This document shows, in pieces, positions 20,883-30,782 of a stretch of 64,000 nucleotides of DNA (positions are counted from its first letter, which is position 1; each line of letters begins with the position of its first letter). This stretch comes from Candidatus Hydrogenedentota bacterium (GTDB lineage: Bacteria; Hydrogenedentota; Hydrogenedentia; Hydrogenedentales; SLHB01). The position numbers and the translations under genes are program-made. The stretch covers positions 283,209-347,208 of the forward strand of contig CAVUWV010000031.1 of assembly GCA_963745075.1 (NCBI GenBank), written 5' to 3'. Under the pieces are notes generated by a model. The model saw nothing but the letters and a program-made list of their open reading frames with translations. It made no database searches and was not told where the DNA came from.

Positions 20883-21616
20883 CTAAATCCCCCGCTCCAG
20901 GAACTTCTTCCGCTGCTCCTCGATAAAGTCATGGCCGCTGACGTGAACGCTGCGGAATATCGAGGGATTGACGCCCAACTCCTGCAACCGTTCCACCGCT
21001 TCGGCGTGGATAGCCCAATACACGTACGTTGCCGCGAGCCCGCTCATGGGGCACATGGGTTCGTTGTCGCGAACCGGCACGGCCGCATCGCCGAAGGGCC
21101 CGCAGGTGTCGATGCAGAAGTCGGCGACGTCAAAGAGCTTTTTGCCGCTGGGATGGGCGGCATCACACCGCTTCATTTGATCGCGCGACGAGATGCCGAT
21201 GGTGGTGATGCTTCGGCCCTTGCACTGGAGGGCGACTTCGATCACATTCGAGGTCCGGCCGGAATTAGAATTGATGATGAGCACGTCGCCCGATCGCATT
21301 TTACTCTGATTCAGAGCCAATGTGGCGGCCTGTTTTTCCAGTGCCGCAAGTTGCTTCGGGGTTCGCTCGACCTTTCGTTGATCGATCGGGTTGTCCAGCG
21401 TCAGTTCGTAGGAAAACGGCGCTACGGCAAGCATCCCCCGGCGCGAAAGAACGCTTCGTAGCGGAGCATGTGGCCCGTGTCCATGATCAACAAGGCGCCG
21501 CGGTTGCTGAGGCTGCGCGCGACCGCGTCTGCCGCCTCGCGAATCGCGTCTAGTTGGGTCTCGCGGATTTTCGCAAAAACACCTTCCACCCGCTCGAAGT
21601 ACGTGTCGAGATACAC
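20883..21616 (-). CDS. SIS-domain sugar isomerase family protein (frameshift near ~21437)
   Basis: DTGHML, GDVLIINSNSGR, HPSGKKLFDVAD..IDTCGPFGDA, PSIFRSVHV. Confidence 0.8.
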
Positions 21617-21618
21617 CG

Positions 21619-22536
21619 CTACTGATTCCTTCCGTGTTCGCGCACGAGGATCCGGATGATTCCCTGCGCGGGTTCGGCGGCTTCTGGATAAATCTCAAAA
21701 CGTGCCGACGCTTTCCGCAGCGTCCGTTTCAGCGAGGCCAACACCGGTTTCCCGGCATGGAACACGCCGCCCGTGAGCACCAACGGAACGGGGCCCTTCC
21801 TGACGCGCGCCTTGCGCACGGTCGCCAGCACCAACTCACCCAAGGCGCGGCCCGCATCGCACAAGATTCTCTTGGCCACCGCGTCGCCCTCAGCCGCACC
21901 CGCGATCACGACCGGCACACACGCGGCGACCCGGGGTCCCGGCACGTGTCCGCTACGGTCGCAAAGCCTAAGGATACGCCACATGGCGTCCAGTTCGTAG
22001 AATCCTCGGAGCCGCTCCAACAAGACCGTCGAAGGACCTTGCGCGGTGTCGGCCCGCATCGCGGCTGCGATGGCCTCCTTACCAATCCAGTACCCGCTGC
22101 CTTCGTCGCCGAATTGCGGTCCCAAACCACCACACATGACAGTCGCGCCGCCACGAGACAGGAACCGGCAACTGGAGCCGGTCCCGGCCACCAGCGACAC
22201 GCCCCAGTCGAGATCGTACAACGCAAGTGCAATGTCGGCCTCACTCAACCACGCGAAGGCAACGTCACCAAAGGCTTCGCGAATCAACGACTCCACCAAC
22301 GCCTGGTCCATGGGCGCCGCCAATCCGGCGCGGACCACTTCGCCGTCCTCGCGCTTCGCCGCTCTTTGCAGCCTCTTCAAAAGCCCGCGCATGGACCGCG
22401 CATATTCCTTGGGGTGAATGTAGAGAGCGCTCGAGGTTCCCCCCGTCTCCGCCTTCAGAATCGTGCCGTCGGTGTCCGCCAGCAGCATGCGCGTCTTGGT
22501 GCCGCCGCCTTCGTAGGCGAGGAATAGGTCTTTCAT
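21619..22536 (-). CDS. BadF/BadG/BcrA/BcrD-type ATPase (N-acetylglucosamine kinase-like sugar kinase)
   Basis: EGGGTKT, LVAGTGS, GGLGPQFGDEGSGYWIG, LTGGVF. Confidence 0.88.
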   Translation of the reverse strand: MKDLFLAYEGGGTKTRMLLADTDGTILKAETGGTSSALYIHPKEYARSMRGLLKRLQRAAKREDGEVVRAGLAAPMDQALVESLIREAFGDVAFAWLSEADIALALYDLDWGVSLVAGTGSSCRFLSRGGATVMCGGLGPQFGDEGSGYWIGKEAIAAAMRADTAQGPSTVLLERLRGFYELDAMWRILRLCDRSGHVPGPRVAACVPVVIAGAAEGDAVAKRILCDAGRALGELVLATVRKARVRKGPVPLVLTGGVFHAGKPVLASLKRTLRKASARFEIYPEAAEPAQGIIRILVREHGRNQ

Positions 22537-22664
22537 GGCGCGGAACGTTACCCTGCTTGGTTGCGCGACGGTCCATAGCTGTCGCGATTGGAGCGGAGGA
22601 TCGCGCGAATTGTAGGCGAGGAGAGTCTGAAATTCAAAGAATCAGACGTTCGTGCGGAAAGATG

Positions 22665-24266
22665 CTATGGCGTTGCGGGCGGTTCCGTCTCCTCGTTTTC
22701 CCATCCTCCGCCCAGGGCTTTGTACAACGCGATGAGGTCGGTCAGCACGAAGCCCTCGCTGCGCACCAGTTCATCCTGGGACAAGAAGAGCTGCTGCTGC
22801 GCCTGGAGCACGTTGAGAAATCCTTCCAACCCCCGGACGTAGCGTTCGTTCGCAAGACGCACGGCGTCCTGGTTGGCTTTGACCGACTTTTCAAGTGATT
22901 CTCGCCGAACCTGCTCCTGCGCGAACGATACCAGACCGTTTTCCACTTCTTCCAGGGCAAGCAGGATGGACTGCTCGTAATTGGTCGCGGCTTGTTCTTG
23001 TCGGGCCGTTTCCACGTCGATATTCGCTCGAATGCGGCCGCCTTCGAAAATCGGCCAGTTTACGCTCGGTCCGAAAGACCAGATCTGGTTCGCCCCGTTT
23101 AACAGATCCTCCAAGGTGTCGCTGCGCCCGCCGAAGGCGCCGGTCAGATAGAATTTCGGGTACAGGTCGGACACGGCGACGCCGATCCGCGCGGTGGCCG
23201 CAGCGACTTCGCGTTCGGCCTGGCGAATGTCGGGACGGCGGCGCAGCAGATCCGAGGGGAGGCCGACGGGCACGTGATCGGGGGCCGTGGGCATCGGCTC
23301 CGTCTTTTCCAGTTGATCCTTCAAGGCCCCGGGCGCCTTCCCGAGAAGCACGGCGAGACGGTGCATCGAAGCGGCGATTTGCGTTTCGAGCAACGGCACT
23401 TGGGATTGGGTAGATGCCAGTTGGGCCTGGGCCCGAACCACATCCAGCTCGCTGGTCAACCCGGCGTCAAATCGGGCCGTTGTTATATCCACGGTACCGG
23501 ACTGGGCGTCGATATTGTTCTGCGTGATTTCCAACCGGCGCTGTGCCGCGCGCAACTCGATGTAGTTGCGGGCCACCTCCGAGACGACCGATACCAAAAC
23601 GTCGCGCCGGGAATCGTCCGTGGCTTCGAGGGTCGCGTCAGCGGCTTCCACCGCGCGACGGTTGCCGCCAAAAACGTCAAGTTCCCACCGGGCATCAAAT
23701 CCGGTCTGGAACAGGTCGGTCTGTCGGTCCGGCAGACCCTGGGGTTTGCCCGGTGTCAGCGACCCGCTGGTAGAACGCGTCGGCTGGTTACCCGACCCGT
23801 CGTTGGTACTGGATCGCGTGAGGGAGCCGTTCTGGCCACGCACGGTGACGCTGCGCGTGACTCCTTGCGGGCCATTGTTAATGCCAATTGACACCGGCGA
23901 ACCGGTCTGTGGCGTATCCTGTTTTACGGCTTGGTTGCGCGTATAGGAACTCGAGACGCCGATGTTCGGCAACAATGCGGACGCCGCAACGCCCCGCGCG
24001 GCGCGGGCCTCACGGACCCGGGCTTCCGCCATGGCGAGGTCCAGATTCGCATTGACGCCCTCGGTGACGAGTTCGTTCAAGACCGGGTCGCCCAGGGTCG
24101 TCCACCATTCCGTAACGGTGACCGGCTTGTCCTCCGTGCCGCCTTCGCGCGGGGACGACCACTCTGCGGGCGTTTCGCTGTCCGGCCGAACATAATCCGG
24201 ACCCGTCATGCAGCCCGAGATCATAACGCCGGCAATAAAAGGCAGTAAGAAGGCTTGTTTACGCAT
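22665..24266 (-). CDS. RND efflux outer membrane lipoprotein (NodT/OprM/TolC family)
   Basis: Lipobox ISGC, WWTTLGDPVL, WELDVFG, GLPSDLLRRRPDI, LYKALGGGW. Confidence 0.92.
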   Translation of the reverse strand: MRKQAFLLPFIAGVMISGCMTGPDYVRPDSETPAEWSSPREGGTEDKPVTVTEWWTTLGDPVLNELVTEGVNANLDLAMAEARVREARAARGVAASALLPNIGVSSSYTRNQAVKQDTPQTGSPVSIGINNGPQGVTRSVTVRGQNGSLTRSSTNDGSGNQPTRSTSGSLTPGKPQGLPDRQTDLFQTGFDARWELDVFGGNRRAVEAADATLEATDDSRRDVLVSVVSEVARNYIELRAAQRRLEITQNNIDAQSGTVDITTARFDAGLTSELDVVRAQAQLASTQSQVPLLETQIAASMHRLAVLLGKAPGALKDQLEKTEPMPTAPDHVPVGLPSDLLRRRPDIRQAEREVAAATARIGVAVSDLYPKFYLTGAFGGRSDTLEDLLNGANQIWSFGPSVNWPIFEGGRIRANIDVETARQEQAATNYEQSILLALEEVENGLVSFAQEQVRRESLEKSVKANQDAVRLANERYVRGLEGFLNVLQAQQQLFLSQDELVRSEGFVLTDLIALYKALGGGWENEETEPPATP

Positions 24267-27200
24267 GGTCGGTGGCTCCCGGGTCCGTGTCGTGATGCTT
24301 CTTCCACGGACGGAACTCGCTAAGGGCCTGAATGATGACAAAGAAGAGCGGCACAAAAACGACCGCGAGGAACGTGGCCGCGAGCATGCCGCCCATGACG
24401 CCCGTGCCGATCGAATGGCGCCCCGCCGCGCCAGCGCCCTGGCTGTGTACAAGGGGCAATACGCCGAGGATGAAGGCCAGCGACGTCATTACGATCGGTC
24501 GCAGCCGGAGCCGTGCGGCTTCCACCGCCGACTCGACGATACCATGGCCCTGTTCCCGCAACACGGAACAGAACTCGACAATCAGAATGGCGTTCTTGGC
24601 GGCGAGACCAATCAGGGTCAGCAACCCGATCTGGAAATAGATGTCCCGTTCTATGCCGCGGATGTACACGGCCGCGACCGCGCCAAACACGCCAAACGGC
24701 ACTGCCAGCAACACGGCGAAGGGCAGCGACCATTTCTCATATTGCGCGGCAAGCACGAGAAAGACGACAACCAAACCAAAGGCAATCACGTAGGGCGCCT
24801 GGTTGCCCGCTTTGACCTCCTGGTAGGAAGCCCCGCTCCAATCAATGCCATAACCGGCCGGCAAGACCTGGTCCGCCAATTCGCGGAGACGTTGTATGGC
24901 CTGCCCGGTACTGTCACCTTCGGCGGGCGCGCCCGTGATTTGCACGGAAGGAAAACTGTTGAACCGGCTGACGACGTTGGGACCGGATTGGAACTTCACG
25001 TCCAGTACGCCGGATAGCTCGACCATGTCCCCGGCGGCGTTTCGAACGAAGATTTTGCGGATGTCGTCCGGCCGGTCGCGGAACTGCGATTCGGCCTGCA
25101 ACTGCACGCGGTAGATGCGGCCGTACTTGTTGAAATCGTTCACGTAGAGCGCACCCAGGTACGCCTGAAGGCTGTTGAAGATGTCCGTGATCGGCAGCCC
25201 CATGGCCTTGGCGCGCGTGCGGTCCAGGTCCACGTAGAGTTGGGGCTGATTTACGTTCAACACGCCGGACACGCCCACGAACATGGGATCCTGTCGCAAC
25301 TTGGCAAGGAAGTCGTTGGTCACCTGAGCGAGCTTGCGCTCGTCGCTGATGCCACGGCTTTCGAGTTGCATTTCGAACCCGGCGCGCAGTCCCAAACCGC
25401 GGATGGCGGGCGGATTGAAGGCGATCACGGTTGCCTCCTTCATGCCCGCGAATCGCCCGAATACGCGACCGATAATGGCATTCACGTTCTTGTCCGGCGT
25501 ACGTCGCTCCGACCAGTCTTTGAGATTGATGAACATGGCGCCCGCGCTGGTGCTGGCGGACCGGCCGGCCAGAAAGTCCTGACCGCCCAACGTGACGACG
25601 CGCGCGATTTCGGGTTGTTGCAGCAGAAACTTCTCGACTTCCGCCATGACTTTACTTGTGCGTTCGAGGGATGCCCCCTGCGGCAAGGAAACGGCGACCA
25701 TGAAGTACCCTTGGTCTTCCTGCGGGATAAACGCACTCGGTACGCGCTCGAATAGGTCGAACGTGGCCCAGATGAGAATGCCGAAAATGAGAATCGACAC
25801 GACTCCCAACTTGATCGCGAGCCGGACCGTCCGCGTGTAGGCTTTCGTTCCTGCAAGGAAGAAACGGTCGAACCACCGGAACACGAACAACTTCTTCTCT
25901 TGCGGCTTGAGTAACAACCGGCAAAGGGCGGGACTGAGAGTCAGCGCGATCAACCCGGAAATGGCTACGGAGATGGAGATGGTCACTGCAAACTGCCGGT
26001 ACATGACGCCCGTCAACCCGCCCAGAAACGCGACAGGGAGATACACGGCGGACAAGACCAGCACGATGGCGATAATGGGACCCGTCACCTGGTCCATGGC
26101 TTTGATCGTCGCTTCCCGGACGGCCAAGCCTTCTTCGTGCATGATGCGTTCGACGTTCTCGACGACGACGATGGCGTCGTCCACGACGATACCGATGGCA
26201 AGTACGAGGCCGAACAGAGTCAGCGAGTTGATGGAGAATCCGAGGGCCAGCATGCCGGTGAACGTTCCGACGATGGCGACGGGCACGGCCAGCATGGGTA
26301 TCAGCGTGGCGCGCCAACTGCCAAGAAAGATAAACACGACAAGAACCACCAGCATAACCGCTTCGAAGAAGGTTTTCGAGACCTCGCGAATGGACACTTC
26401 GATGAACTTCGTCGTGTCGAAGGGGATGTCATAGGAAACCCCTTCCGGGAAGCTGGTTTTCAGTCCTTCCAACGCGTTTTGCAGGCCCACCATCGTGCTT
26501 AACGCGTTGGCGTCGGGTTGCAGGAAAGCGAGGATAAACGTGGTCGGCTTGCCATTGAGGCGGCCGAACGCGTCGTAGCTCAGGGAACCCAATTCGACTC
26601 GACCCACGTCGCGGATTCGCAGCAAGGACCCGTCAGGTTCCGCACGGAGGATGATATCTTCGAACTGCTCGGGCTCGTCGAGGCGTCCCCGCGTGATGAC
26701 GGGGATGGTGAACTCGACGCCTTCCGGCGACGGCGCCGCCCCGATTCGGCCCGCCGCGTATAAGCCATTCTGCTCGCGAACGGCGGCGGCCACGTCCGTG
26801 ACGGTCAGGTTCTTGGCCGCGAGCTTGTCGGGGTTGAGCCAAATCCGCATGGAATAGTCTTTCGCCCCGAAAACGGACACGTCGCCGACTCCCGGCACGC
26901 GTTTGAGGGTGTCCAGCATGTAGATGGTGGCGTAGTTGCTCAGGTACAGGTCGTCGTATTGCGGATCGTCTGAATTGAGCGCCACGACACCGAGAATGTT
27001 GTTGGATCGCTTGTCGACGGAAATTCCCTGGCGGATGACCTCTTGCGGCAGACGCGGCTCCGCTCGCTTGAGGCGGTTTTGTACTTCAACCGCAGCGATG
27101 TCCAGGTCCGACCCGATTTCGAAGGTGCAGGTAATCGTCAATCCGCCGTCATTCGCGCTTTGCGATTCGTAATAGAGCAGATTCTCGATACCGCTGAGTT

Positions 27201-27405
27201 CCTGTTCGATGGGCGTCGCGAGCGATTCGGCCACGGTCTCGGCATCGGCGCCGGGATAGTGAGCGGAAATGCTGACCGTGGGCGGCGTAATCTCCGGAGA
27301 CTGTTCAACCGGCAGGAAGTACATCGAGCCCAAACCGCACAGGGCGATGATGATGGAAACCACCGATGCGAAGACCGGCCGGTCGATGAAGAATCGTGAG
27401 ATCAT
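24259..27405 (-). CDS. RND multidrug efflux permease (HAE1, AcrB/MexB-like)
   Basis: 1048 aa; FFIDRPVFA, GIVVDDAIVVVEN, AKNAILIVEF, RLRPIVMTS proton-relay motifs. Confidence 0.95.
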   Translation of the reverse strand: MISRFFIDRPVFASVVSIIIALCGLGSMYFLPVEQSPEITPPTVSISAHYPGADAETVAESLATPIEQELSGIENLLYYESQSANDGGLTITCTFEIGSDLDIAAVEVQNRLKRAEPRLPQEVIRQGISVDKRSNNILGVVALNSDDPQYDDLYLSNYATIYMLDTLKRVPGVGDVSVFGAKDYSMRIWLNPDKLAAKNLTVTDVAAAVREQNGLYAAGRIGAAPSPEGVEFTIPVITRGRLDEPEQFEDIILRAEPDGSLLRIRDVGRVELGSLSYDAFGRLNGKPTTFILAFLQPDANALSTMVGLQNALEGLKTSFPEGVSYDIPFDTTKFIEVSIREVSKTFFEAVMLVVLVVFIFLGSWRATLIPMLAVPVAIVGTFTGMLALGFSINSLTLFGLVLAIGIVVDDAIVVVENVERIMHEEGLAVREATIKAMDQVTGPIIAIVLVLSAVYLPVAFLGGLTGVMYRQFAVTISISVAISGLIALTLSPALCRLLLKPQEKKLFVFRWFDRFFLAGTKAYTRTVRLAIKLGVVSILIFGILIWATFDLFERVPSAFIPQEDQGYFMVAVSLPQGASLERTSKVMAEVEKFLLQQPEIARVVTLGGQDFLAGRSASTSAGAMFINLKDWSERRTPDKNVNAIIGRVFGRFAGMKEATVIAFNPPAIRGLGLRAGFEMQLESRGISDERKLAQVTNDFLAKLRQDPMFVGVSGVLNVNQPQLYVDLDRTRAKAMGLPITDIFNSLQAYLGALYVNDFNKYGRIYRVQLQAESQFRDRPDDIRKIFVRNAAGDMVELSGVLDVKFQSGPNVVSRFNSFPSVQITGAPAEGDSTGQAIQRLRELADQVLPAGYGIDWSGASYQEVKAGNQAPYVIAFGLVVVFLVLAAQYEKWSLPFAVLLAVPFGVFGAVAAVYIRGIERDIYFQIGLLTLIGLAAKNAILIVEFCSVLREQGHGIVESAVEAARLRLRPIVMTSLAFILGVLPLVHSQGAGAAGRHSIGTGVMGGMLAATFLAVVFVPLFFVIIQALSEFRPWKKHHDTDPGATDHA

Positions 27406-27414
27406 GCCAGGGTC

Positions 27415-28590
27415 CTATCCGGCCGGTTCGGCTTTGGGTTGATCCGCGTCGGGTTTGTCCGTGAACGGTACGGGGTTCACGACAATTCCGGGCTGGACTT
27501 TGACCAACCCTTCGACGACGACTCGCTCACCCGCCGAAAGGCCGCTGTTGACGATCCAGTCCTGGGCGCTCCAGGATCCGGGTGTAATCGTGCGGAATTC
27601 TGCCTTGTTCTGGTCGTCCACGACGAACACATAGGATCCTTGCGGTGCCTGGCTGACCGCCCGTTGCGGCACGGTAATCGTCTTTGGCCGGACGTAGCCC
27701 CGGATATGCACTTTGACGAACTGACCGGCCTTCAGACGGTTGTCCGGATTGGGAAAAGTCGCCCGCAATTCCACCGTGCCGGTCTGCAGGTCGATGTCTG
27801 CGGATTCGAAGTCGATGACGCCGCGTTCTCCATACACCGATCCGTCCAGCAACGCAATCTCCAGGTACGGCTGGTCGATTCCGTCTTCCAGCACGAGTTC
27901 TCCCGTTTGCACTTGATGCTGGTACATGAGGAATTCGCGTTCGCTCACCTGAAAGCTGACGTAGATCGGATCGACCTGACGCATTACCGCCAGCAGGCTG
28001 TTCGCCCCTGCGTCGACAAGACTCCCAATATCTTTCTCGGCCTTTCCGATGAAGCCAGTCAGCGGGGCTTCAATCTTTGTGTAGCTGAGTTCGAGATCGG
28101 CTTTTGCCAGTTGCGCCTTGGAAAGGCTGAGCGACGCTTCCGCGTCCGTCTGCTCGGCCAGCGCTTTGTCCAAATCCGTCTCGGCAATGGCGCCGGGAAC
28201 CGTCACGGACTGCAATCGTTGAACTTCCTGCTTCGCGAGGGCAAGCCGGCTTTCCGCCTGCCGGACCTGGGCAACGGCAATCTGTTGATCCGCCTGAAAG
28301 GAACGGGGATCGACGGTGAACAGAAGCGTGCCTTGATCGATGTACGCGCCTTCGTCAAAGTCGCGGGTCTGGAGAAACCCTTGAATGCGCGCGCGAACGT
28401 CCACGATCTTCGACGCTTCCGTTACGCCCACAAATTCATACGCGACAGGAACCGTGTGCGGTTCTACGGTAACCACGGCGACCTCCGGCGGCGGGGCTTG
28501 CCCCTTGGGCGGTCCTTGGGCGGAACTGACCGAAACGTTCGCGAGAACGACAATCGCTGCAAGTATCAGGATGAGTCGGTAGAGTTTCAT
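27415..28590 (-). CDS. RND efflux periplasmic adaptor (membrane fusion protein)
   Basis: VRARIQG, LSYTKIEAPLTG, TGTVELRATFPNPD, GLSAGERVVVEG; N-terminal signal anchor. Confidence 0.92.
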   Translation of the reverse strand: MKLYRLILILAAIVVLANVSVSSAQGPPKGQAPPPEVAVVTVEPHTVPVAYEFVGVTEASKIVDVRARIQGFLQTRDFDEGAYIDQGTLLFTVDPRSFQADQQIAVAQVRQAESRLALAKQEVQRLQSVTVPGAIAETDLDKALAEQTDAEASLSLSKAQLAKADLELSYTKIEAPLTGFIGKAEKDIGSLVDAGANSLLAVMRQVDPIYVSFQVSEREFLMYQHQVQTGELVLEDGIDQPYLEIALLDGSVYGERGVIDFESADIDLQTGTVELRATFPNPDNRLKAGQFVKVHIRGYVRPKTITVPQRAVSQAPQGSYVFVVDDQNKAEFRTITPGSWSAQDWIVNSGLSAGERVVVEGLVKVQPGIVVNPVPFTDKPDADQPKAEPAG

Positions 28591-28783
28591 CGTGTGCCAT
28601 CCTACTTTCGTACCGGGTATTGGCTCAGAAACCACGTCCGTGAAGACGAGGACGTTGTGCGACATCAGCGTGGACAGCCACGACTCTCTCTTCCGCAGAC
28701 CGGCGTGGCATGCTTGGTTTTCAGCGTTTCACGACACAAACGCATGCGTACTCGAGGGAATCGTGCGTCCAGTGCCGGCGGGT

Positions 28784-29341
28784 TCACCGTGTCTCACCTC
28801 CGGCGACCTCTTCGGCGAGTTCCAGCAATTCATCCACCAGTGCGTTCCTCTGGTGGGCTTCAAAAGGGGACGCCTGCAGCAGCTCCAGCAGAAATAGTCC
28901 ATCGGCTGCCAGGAGTACCAGCGCCTTGCGCGCAAAGGAACCGCCGCCTCTCGCGTACGCCTCTATGCGTGTTCGATGTTGTTCGCGAATCGTCTTGATT
29001 AGCTTAGGCTCGTTCGCCACGGCGGCGAGAATGGCTGCACTTACCCGCCGGTCTGAGACGGGGTGCACCAAACGCGCGATAATTTCGGCTTTCAACGCGC
29101 GGGCTGGGCCCGGCGGTAACCCTTCCCGGGCTTCCACGCGTCGCTGCTCGCCGCGTTCGACGAGCCGCACGATCATCCCTTCGACGAGCGCGTCCTTGGT
29201 CGGAAAATGATACAGAAGTCCGCCCTTGCTTACGCCCGCCTTATCGGCAACCGCGTCGAGGGTCAGGTGGGAAGGACCGCCTTCAACGACAACCGCCTCG
29301 GCGGAATCTAGGAGCAGATCTTTACAACTGGGACGAGCCAT
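28784..29341 (-). CDS. TetR/AcrR family transcriptional regulator
   Basis: LTLDAVADKAGVSKGGLLYHFPTKDAL helix-turn-helix; heads the efflux operon. Confidence 0.93.
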   Translation of the reverse strand: MARPSCKDLLLDSAEAVVVEGGPSHLTLDAVADKAGVSKGGLLYHFPTKDALVEGMIVRLVERGEQRRVEAREGLPPGPARALKAEIIARLVHPVSDRRVSAAILAAVANEPKLIKTIREQHRTRIEAYARGGGSFARKALVLLAADGLFLLELLQASPFEAHQRNALVDELLELAEEVAGGETR

Positions 29342-29362
29342 AGAAACATCTCGATTTTCTGA

Positions 29363-29413
29363 TTACTGTACCGTCCGGACGGTATAGTAACATTGGAAAA
29401 ACATTCCTGTCAA
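29363..29413 (-). promoter_or_regulatory. sigma70 promoter overlapped by a 28-bp palindromic TetR operator
   Basis: Minus strand TTGACA (29413-29408)-N18-TACTAT (29389-29384); palindrome TTACTGTACCGTCCGGACGGTATAGTAA at 29363-29390. Confidence 0.8.
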
Positions 29414-29552
29414 TCTTATTAACTCATTGGAAATGCAGCGCCTACGCCGTAGGACTTATAGGACCTTCCGGTCCCGTGGGTGCCAAAGGCTCGCACCGAG
29501 ACAGAATCGGCGCTTCGGCAAAGACATTGGGGAATCGATTGACGGAGGGACA

Positions 29553-30548
29553 CTACGCCGGATACCAGCCCTCCAGAAACTCGGCCAGGGTGCCGGGATA
29601 CTCGGCCTCGGCGAGGAATTCCGTGCCGTGCTGATTGCCCCAGGAGTAGTTGATGATGAGTCGGCCTTTGTGTTCGCAGAAATCGATGTCCGAGTTGTTG
29701 ATGTTCTTTGCACCCGCGATCTTGGCCTGTTGTTCGTTTGTCAGGTTTGAATTTGCGATTTGCTTGTCTTCATCAGACGCTTTCAGCACGGGATTCAGCG
29801 GGCTTAATTCCCAGTCGATCAAGTCCTTTGACCGCACGACATACTGCTCGTAGCCACCATTCAACGCCTCCAAAAAGAAGTCGTAATAGTACCCGTTGTG
29901 ATGCCGTAACGCGTGAGGCGCGGTATAACGATCCTTGGAATAGGTACATTCCGGCGAGGTCAGTTCCCAGGTGCGCAGATCGCTCGATTGGGCAAACCGT
30001 GCGGTAAACCGCTTTCCCGCGATTTCCGGCGGTTTACCCACTTCGAACATGAGCATATAGCCGTCGTGAATACTGCAAAGCGACGTATTGAAGATGCCGT
30101 AGCTGGGCAGGTTCAACGCATTCCACGATTCCCAATGTTCCATGTCGTTGGACGCGAAGATGTCGATGCGCTCGCCGTCCCAGATGTCGGTACCGACGGC
30201 GTAAATCGTGCCCCCCTCTACCATGGCGCAGCCGAGGTGATAGCCCTGGGCGAAAGGGGCGCTTGCTTCGCCGGTTTCGTGGTCGATGAAGTGAAAATAG
30301 GAGTCGCCGCTGTGGTTGTTCCAGTACCCGGGCCGTACGTATTCGAACCGGTACACCCGATCTTCGTACACCACGGGCGTGGTCTCCACCAAGTCCAGAT
30401 CGAGAGTGCCCCGTTTGTGGATTTGGGGCTTCACTGCACCGGCAGATTCGGCCGCGCCGGCCCTGCTCAGCACGGTCAGACCCAACGCTACACTTGTCGA
30501 GCCTCGGAGAAACGAGCGCCGTGTCATCAATTCGCTGAAATACGTCAT
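29553..30548 (-). CDS. Tat-exported protein, probable five-bladed beta-propeller glycosidase-like
   Basis: Twin-arginine motif TRRSFL followed by a hydrophobic stretch; repeated S.D(L/M)..W motifs; SPLNPVL; NNSDIDF. Confidence 0.7.
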   Translation of the reverse strand: MTYFSELMTRRSFLRGSTSVALGLTVLSRAGAAESAGAVKPQIHKRGTLDLDLVETTPVVYEDRVYRFEYVRPGYWNNHSGDSYFHFIDHETGEASAPFAQGYHLGCAMVEGGTIYAVGTDIWDGERIDIFASNDMEHWESWNALNLPSYGIFNTSLCSIHDGYMLMFEVGKPPEIAGKRFTARFAQSSDLRTWELTSPECTYSKDRYTAPHALRHHNGYYYDFFLEALNGGYEQYVVRSKDLIDWELSPLNPVLKASDEDKQIANSNLTNEQQAKIAGAKNINNSDIDFCEHKGRLIINYSWGNQHGTEFLAEAEYPGTLAEFLEGWYPA

Positions 30549-30782
30549 CGTACCTTCCTCCATTCGGATTCGCGTCAACAATACGTGAATCCTTTACAAA
30601 CCACCATATTGCCGCGATTCGGGTTCGGTGTCTTTGACAAATTTGTGGTACACTATACGTGGTGAACCGGGGGGTTCTCATTGAGCGGATCTCCGCTGCC
30701 TTGCCCTGTACCAGGGCCGGTGCCGCGGAAATTCTCGGGACGGACTTTCCACAAGACCGTCTAGCGTGAAGGGGGATACGCA

